Assembly: GCA_051294375.1 (NCBI GenBank)
Contig: JBJCIZ010001667.1
Coordinates: forward strand, 40,702-53,348
DNA from: Paraspadella gotoi
Lineage: Eukaryota > Animalia > Chaetognatha
Direction of reading: 5' to 3'
DNA length: 12,647 nucleotides
The notes under the pieces were generated by a model. The model searched no databases, had not been told where the DNA came from, and saw only the letters and a list, made by a program, of their open reading frames with translations. The translations under genes and the position numbers were made by a program. Shown here one piece after another: positions 8,201-12,647 of the stretch (positions within the stretch are counted from its first letter, which is position 1; each line of letters starts with the position of its first letter).

Positions 8201-8853
8201 AGAAAGTCCAGGCAATTATTTCCGATTAACAACAAAAACAACTACAAAAAACAAAACTATTGCTCTCCAGAAAGCTAAAGGAATAGATAAGAATGGAAAC
8301 TTCATCACTTAAACCCAAAGAAAGGCGTAGCGAGCCATTGCCAAAATTAGAGCAGACGTGAAAAGGCAACACTTGTCATCATCCTCAAGTATGAATATTC
8401 CATCTCATTCATATCAAGTTAACGGCTTGAATTTCACTTTTACAGAAAAACTGATCGACATTTAGAACCTTAATTCATTAGATGATTAATGAAGAAATGG
8501 GGCTTTCTGTCCTTGTGTAGGTGAAATTTGAATGCAAATTTTTCAAATCCGAGTAAATCTGAGTTTCCATGAGCTTAATGACTATTCAATGTAATTCATT
8601 GAAAAGTGACGGGCTTTTGCTGCTCATGAATACAAATTGAATTTTATTTATCAATAGTCTGTGTTTAGCGTTCTTTTAATGAATAGAAATAGTAGTGGAC
8701 ACTGGAGATCATTCCGCACGGTGTGGGTTGTGTTGCTTCAATTCACGACAATGCAGAGTCTCGCTGATCCTACATTTGCCTGAAATCATATAGATTCTAT
8801 ATAATGAGCATGAATACTAATGTTTCCTAATCAATAGTTCCAGGACTCCTCCA

Positions 8854-8953
8854 NNNNNNNNNNNNNNNNNNNNNNNNNNNNNNNNNNNNNNNNNNNNNNN
8901 NNNNNNNNNNNNNNNNNNNNNNNNNNNNNNNNNNNNNNNNNNNNNNNNNNNNN
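8854..8953. other. Assembly gap (100 N)
   Basis: A run of exactly 100 N, the conventional unknown-size placeholder. Confidence 1.
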
Positions 8954-8971
8954 TAGTAGTATAGTTTAGTA

Positions 8972-9814
8972 TGTGGATGGCACAGATCGAAATCACTTTG
9001 ATCGTTGTAGCGCCATCTGAGAGTAGAAAGAATCCACGATCAACTTGAGCGGCGTCTCTTTCGACGAGAGCGTTGAGGGAGTGGCCTAGAGCGTTGAAGA
9101 AGTCGCACGATGTCGTAGGTAGACTCTGGCCACATAGGAGATCGATTGGCGTCGATTGACCGAAACCGGAAAAGTGACCGCTTGACGTTGACGCTCGTGG
9201 CGTGGATTGAATGTTTTTTTTCTATGATTTAAAGTTCTGTAACCAACTTGTTTGGTTAATTGTTATAAAGGAAACCTTTAATAAAATAATCAAAAGCATA
9301 TAGATATTACATTGCTTCCTAACCAAGCAATACAATATCTATATGTAATAAAACAGTGCAATCAATTAATTAATTAATATAATAACGAGTTGAGAAAAAC
9401 AATAATAATTAATAACGAGTTGTTTTCCATGAGTTGTTAATCAGTTTTGGAATGAAAATGAAAATGGAATTATTTGTAAACAAAACAAACTCAAGTAGGT
9501 TAGAATCGATTTGAATCGGATGTTCTTTGTTTAATATAACAAAAGATTAAGTATAATCGATAACAGATTATAAGGAAGATTCTAACATAAATTCTTTATT
9601 ACCTAAGTGGCGATATCAGTTGGGCCTGATAACGTTGGACGATGAGTCCCGGATCTGAGACTGGATCGCTGCGCTTTCTAAATTATTTTACAATTATTTC
9701 TGGATCGATTTAAACTATAAATAAGAGTTCCGAAAAAGTTATATATCGATCGGAATTGGCTATATAATAATAATTGATCGATTTGGGCTGAGATGTTCCA
9801 GGATCAAATCCACA
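8972..9814 (-). repeat. 3' LTR of the Gypsy element (843 bp)
   Basis: Perfect 7-bp terminal inverted repeat TGTGGAT (8972-8978) / ATCCACA (9808-9814) with an adjacent PPT. Candidate minus-strand TATATAA (9745->9739) and AATAAA (9600->9595) are in the expected order. The second LTR is outside the window, so the distal end rests on the inverted repeat only. Confidence 0.78.
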
Positions 9815-9821
9815 TCCCCCC
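9815..9821 (-). other. Polypurine tract of the Gypsy element
   Basis: Minus-strand GGGGGGA directly abuts the TGTGG LTR start, about 170 bp downstream of the pol end. Confidence 0.75.
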
Positions 9822-10399
9822 AGATGGAAACAACATAGTTACGGAATCGATTGAAGTTCAATCAGGTACGTTGATGATTTGATATGGGCCTAATTAAACT
9901 AATTAAATTACTTATGTACATTTATACATAAATAACTAGTAATAATGAAACATATTGAAGGAAAAAAGTGATAAAGTTTTTGAACCACTATGAGGTGAGA
10001 AGTTGGCGTAGAACAGCGTTATAGTTTGGTTTATTTAATGAGTTCACGTTTCGATATGAGAAATTCGATGGCCTCGGGCGTAAGAAACGTTCGAGAGGTG
10101 GGCGTGGCTGGCGCTGAGTCTCCGACGTTGGCCCTGAACAGGCGTCGCTTCCGGTGAAGACGGAGGTAGGCCAAAAGAAGAGGAGGCTCATGAGGCGGGT
10201 CTCCGACGGTTATTTTTTTCTTCATTAGTGCGTCTGTGTTACCGGAATGGGCGTGGCTCGCGTCAGAGGCGCCGGGCCTCTCGATGTTCTGGATTTGCAT
10301 CGAAGTGTGTTTGAATTGTTCATCGTTTTCGTCATCGGATTCTTCGTGCTCCTGTGGAGATGATTGTTGCTGGCGAGTTGACGAGCGTATTGTAGCGAA

Positions 10400-10975
10400 G
10401 TCCGGTTTAATTGTAGTTCTGATCGCTAAGAGGCGCCAGGGAAGCCTCCAAACCACTTATTGGCTATCTTCGCCGAGGGCGATTAAGGCTCCTTGAGCGC
10501 CTGTGAATCGCTCGACGAGCCCGTTCGACTGAGATGATAGGCTGCCGTTCTGTAGTGTTTATGCCCCACACTTGGGCGAGTTGAGACCAGATTCTGTGGC
10601 GAATTGCCGCCTCGGTCTGTAGTAATGGCGGCGGGGATTCCGAATTGAGCAACCAGCCGTGCGCTAAAGCGTCCACGACCGAAGTGGAGTCATGTCCCTC
10701 ATGGGGATGGCAGCTGGCCATCTGGAGAGTCGATCAACGATGGTGAGAGTGAACTGTAGCCATTGGAAGTCGGCACTATCGTAATGTCCAAGTTTAGATG
10801 ATTAAAACGTTTGGCTTGGACTTCAAACTCGCTATGTTAGGCGTTATGTGGCGCGTCACCTTGGAGCGCTGGCAAGGGACGCACTCTCTTGCCCAGCGGG
10901 TCGTATCTGCTCTCAATGAATTTGAAGCTTATAGTCTCTCGCGTTCTAGCGACGCCGGGTGTCTAAGCCGTGAAT
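10400..10975 (-). other. Integrase (HHCC zinc finger plus DDE core) of pol
   Basis: IHGL.HP near 10972->10951 (frameshifted), CVPC starting at 10883, TIVDR, TDRG at 10620->10609, and SNGLVER at 10528->10508. Confidence 0.9.
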
Positions 10976-11252
10976 TGTGTCAAAGATTCGTTCCTCCAAG
11001 CCTCGGGTACGAAGGGTCGTGCTGGGCGTTGGAGATGTCGACGAGTAGTTTTTGGTGCCGACGGTCACTCTTCTGAATTGTAATCCCGTTCTCGCGTCTG
11101 TGGAGAGTCGTTTTTAAAGTCGGCGTCGAGATGCCTGGTGTCTTGCCATCTCTTCGAGATCGATGCCCTCGTGGCCTATGGCGTTGACAGTAGAATGAGG
11201 TCCTCCACTTTTCAGAGGGATGGTCGGTTGATTGAGGCGATAGGTAGCCGGG

Positions 11253-11620
11253 TGGTCGCGACAGCGCGTCGGCGACCACGTTCGCCTTTCCCTGACGTGT
11301 CTTATGTCTGTGGTGAATCCGAGATCACCGACAATTGAAAATTATGCCTCGTGGTCTGAGGTTCGGCTTTCTTGTGGAGGGCGTGAATAAGAGATGTGAA
11401 TCAGTAATATAATGTAAATGTTCGGCCCTCCAACCAGTGGCGGAAGTGTCTGACCGCTCTAAGGCTCCATAAAGTTCGCGGCGAAGGCGGCCACTTCCGC
11501 TGCGATGAATCCAGCTTAGCAGCAGAAGAAGGCTAAGGGTTCCCAGCCTTGGTGCGTTCTTTGTTCCAGGACTGCGCCGACGGCGATGTCCGAGGCGTCT
11601 GTCGTCAAGGCTAATTGGGC
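11253..11620 (-). other. RNase H domain of pol (approximate bounds)
   Basis: TTDAS at 11605->11591, GAVLEQ, WEPLAFF, REL, and VVADALSRP at 11279->11253. Confidence 0.9.
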
Positions 11621-11659
11621 GTTCGTTTTTGCGGGTGCCTGAGGGAGCTGCGTTGGCCA

Positions 11660-12530
11660 GGGCCTCCTTGATGGCCAAACGACTTGGAGCAATCCCCGAC
11701 CAATTGAGCTGTTTGGGCTTGCCGGAGAGGACGTCATAAAGGGCTGCTGCGTGTTTGGCCGCGTTCGGGATAAACGTCGGTATAATTTACCATCCCGGGA
11801 ATCTTTTGCACTCCTTTATCATCGTGGGCGGGTTGGTGGCGCGGATGGCTTCCACCTTTGGGGAAGAGGCTTGACTCCGCTGGCGTCTACCAAATACCCG
11901 AGGAATTCAAATGATTCTTGTCCCAGTTATGCATTTTTTCCGATTAACGACTAAGCCGTTCTCTGCGAGGACTTGAAGCCGTGTCGAGGTCCTTGAGGTG
12001 CTCCTCAGCGTCGACGCTGGGGACAAGAATGTCGTCAGGTATACGTACGTAGGGTATGTCCCCGAGTATTTCGTCCATCATCCGTTGAAAGTCCTGTCCT
12101 GCGTTCTTGAGGCCAAAGGGGTCCTCAAGAACACGAACAGGCCAAACGGAGTGATGACGGGCCGTTTTTGGGGACGTCTTTCGTCGGCGACCGGGATTTT
12201 GATGGTATCCCTTAAGGAGGTCTATTTTCGAAAAAATTTTCTTGCCGGCCAGTTCGGCATTGAAAATCTGCCAGTAATTGACCGGATATCGGTCGTTCTT
12301 GTTTTCGAGTTGAGTCGACGAAAGTCGCCGCAAACAGCGCCATCCTCCGTCGGCTTTCGGCACACAGAGGAGGGGCGATGACCAAGATCTTTTGGCCCTC
12401 TTTGCATGCCCAGAGACACAAGCTTTTCTAGCTCCGCTTTTAGCTTTACTGCCAATTTTCTCCGGGGGCAGGCGCCGCGCTCGGGCTTGGCAGGGAGCTC
12501 CAAAGGTCGGAATGTGTGTCTAATGCCGTG
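11660..12530 (-). other. Reverse transcriptase domain of pol (approximate bounds)
   Basis: The catalytic motif reads TAC CT- GAC GAC at 12041->12031, i.e. Y(L)DD with a 1-nt deletion. Also present are FSKIDLLKGYHQ and PFGLKNA. Confidence 0.93.
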
Positions 12531-12647
12531 CCTCGGCTCCTTTATCCAAAAGTGGCCGTTGAGAGGATGGATATGATCCAAGAGTTGATAGAAGGCGTTT
12601 TCTAGTTTGTCGACGAAATTTACTTGAGAAGGTGGCTTGTCCTCGAT

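Larger units (their letters stand above)
8972..12647 (-). mobile_element. Ty3/Gypsy LTR retrotransposon, 3' portion (gag, protease and 5' LTR lie beyond the right edge)
   Basis: RT, RNase H and integrase motifs occur in Ty3/Gypsy order on the minus strand. They are followed by a short 3' UTR, a PPT and a TG...CA-bounded LTR. Confidence 0.95.
9988..12647 (-). pseudogene. pol: Gypsy pol polyprotein, frameshifted and 5'-partial
   Basis: ORF fragments hop between frames but give collinear pol motifs: HGIRH, KAELEKLVSLG, CGDFRRLN, NDRYP, KIFSKIDLLKGYHQ, PFGLKNAGQDFQRMMDEIL, DDILV, TTDASDIAVGAVLEQ, WEPLAFF, VVADALSRP, WARECVPCQRSKVTRH, TDRG, SNGLVER, LPW..IRTTIKP. The true stop is either 10031 or 9988 depending on frame correction. 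Confidence 0.93.

Noticed and set aside
7952-8229. TTAA at 7952-7955 and 8226-8229 as a piggyBac TSD
   Set aside because: There are no TIRs inside the TTAA sites, and TTAA is very frequent in this window.
9822-10030. env gene or chromodomain downstream of integrase
   Set aside because: Only ~170-200 bp separate pol from the PPT, and there are no hydrophobic or chromodomain motifs.
10236-12381. Plus-strand ORFs over the pol region
   Set aside because: They are antisense shadows of the GC-rich pol coding sequence.

Overview
AT-rich, repeat-dense eukaryotic (invertebrate-like) genomic DNA with a 100-N scaffold gap at 8854-8953. I see no intact host gene, CRISPR array or prokaryotic system. The only high-confidence element is the 3' part of a Ty3/Gypsy LTR retrotransposon on the minus strand. 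Its heavily frameshifted pol (RT, RNase H, integrase) runs from the right edge to about 9988-10031, followed by a polypurine tract (9815-9821) and an 843-bp 3' LTR (8972-9814) bounded by TGTGGAT...ATCCACA. The integrase seems to lack its GPY/F C-terminal module. Left of the gap are several smaller, less certain structures: a tRNA-Lys(CTT)-like head on a ~310-bp duplicated body (candidate SINE, 828-1252 and 1881-2210), a ~750-bp non-coding element with two ~255-bp direct terminal repeats (candidate TRIM, 6182-6932), a degraded ankyrin-repeat-like stretch (~7310-7880), a possible piggyBac Cys-rich C-terminal fragment (~7975-8200) and MITE-like inverted repeats. Dense small indels suggest unpolished long-read sequence, so pseudogene status and exact boundaries are uncertain. 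All calls are by eye, and novelty cannot be established without database searches.
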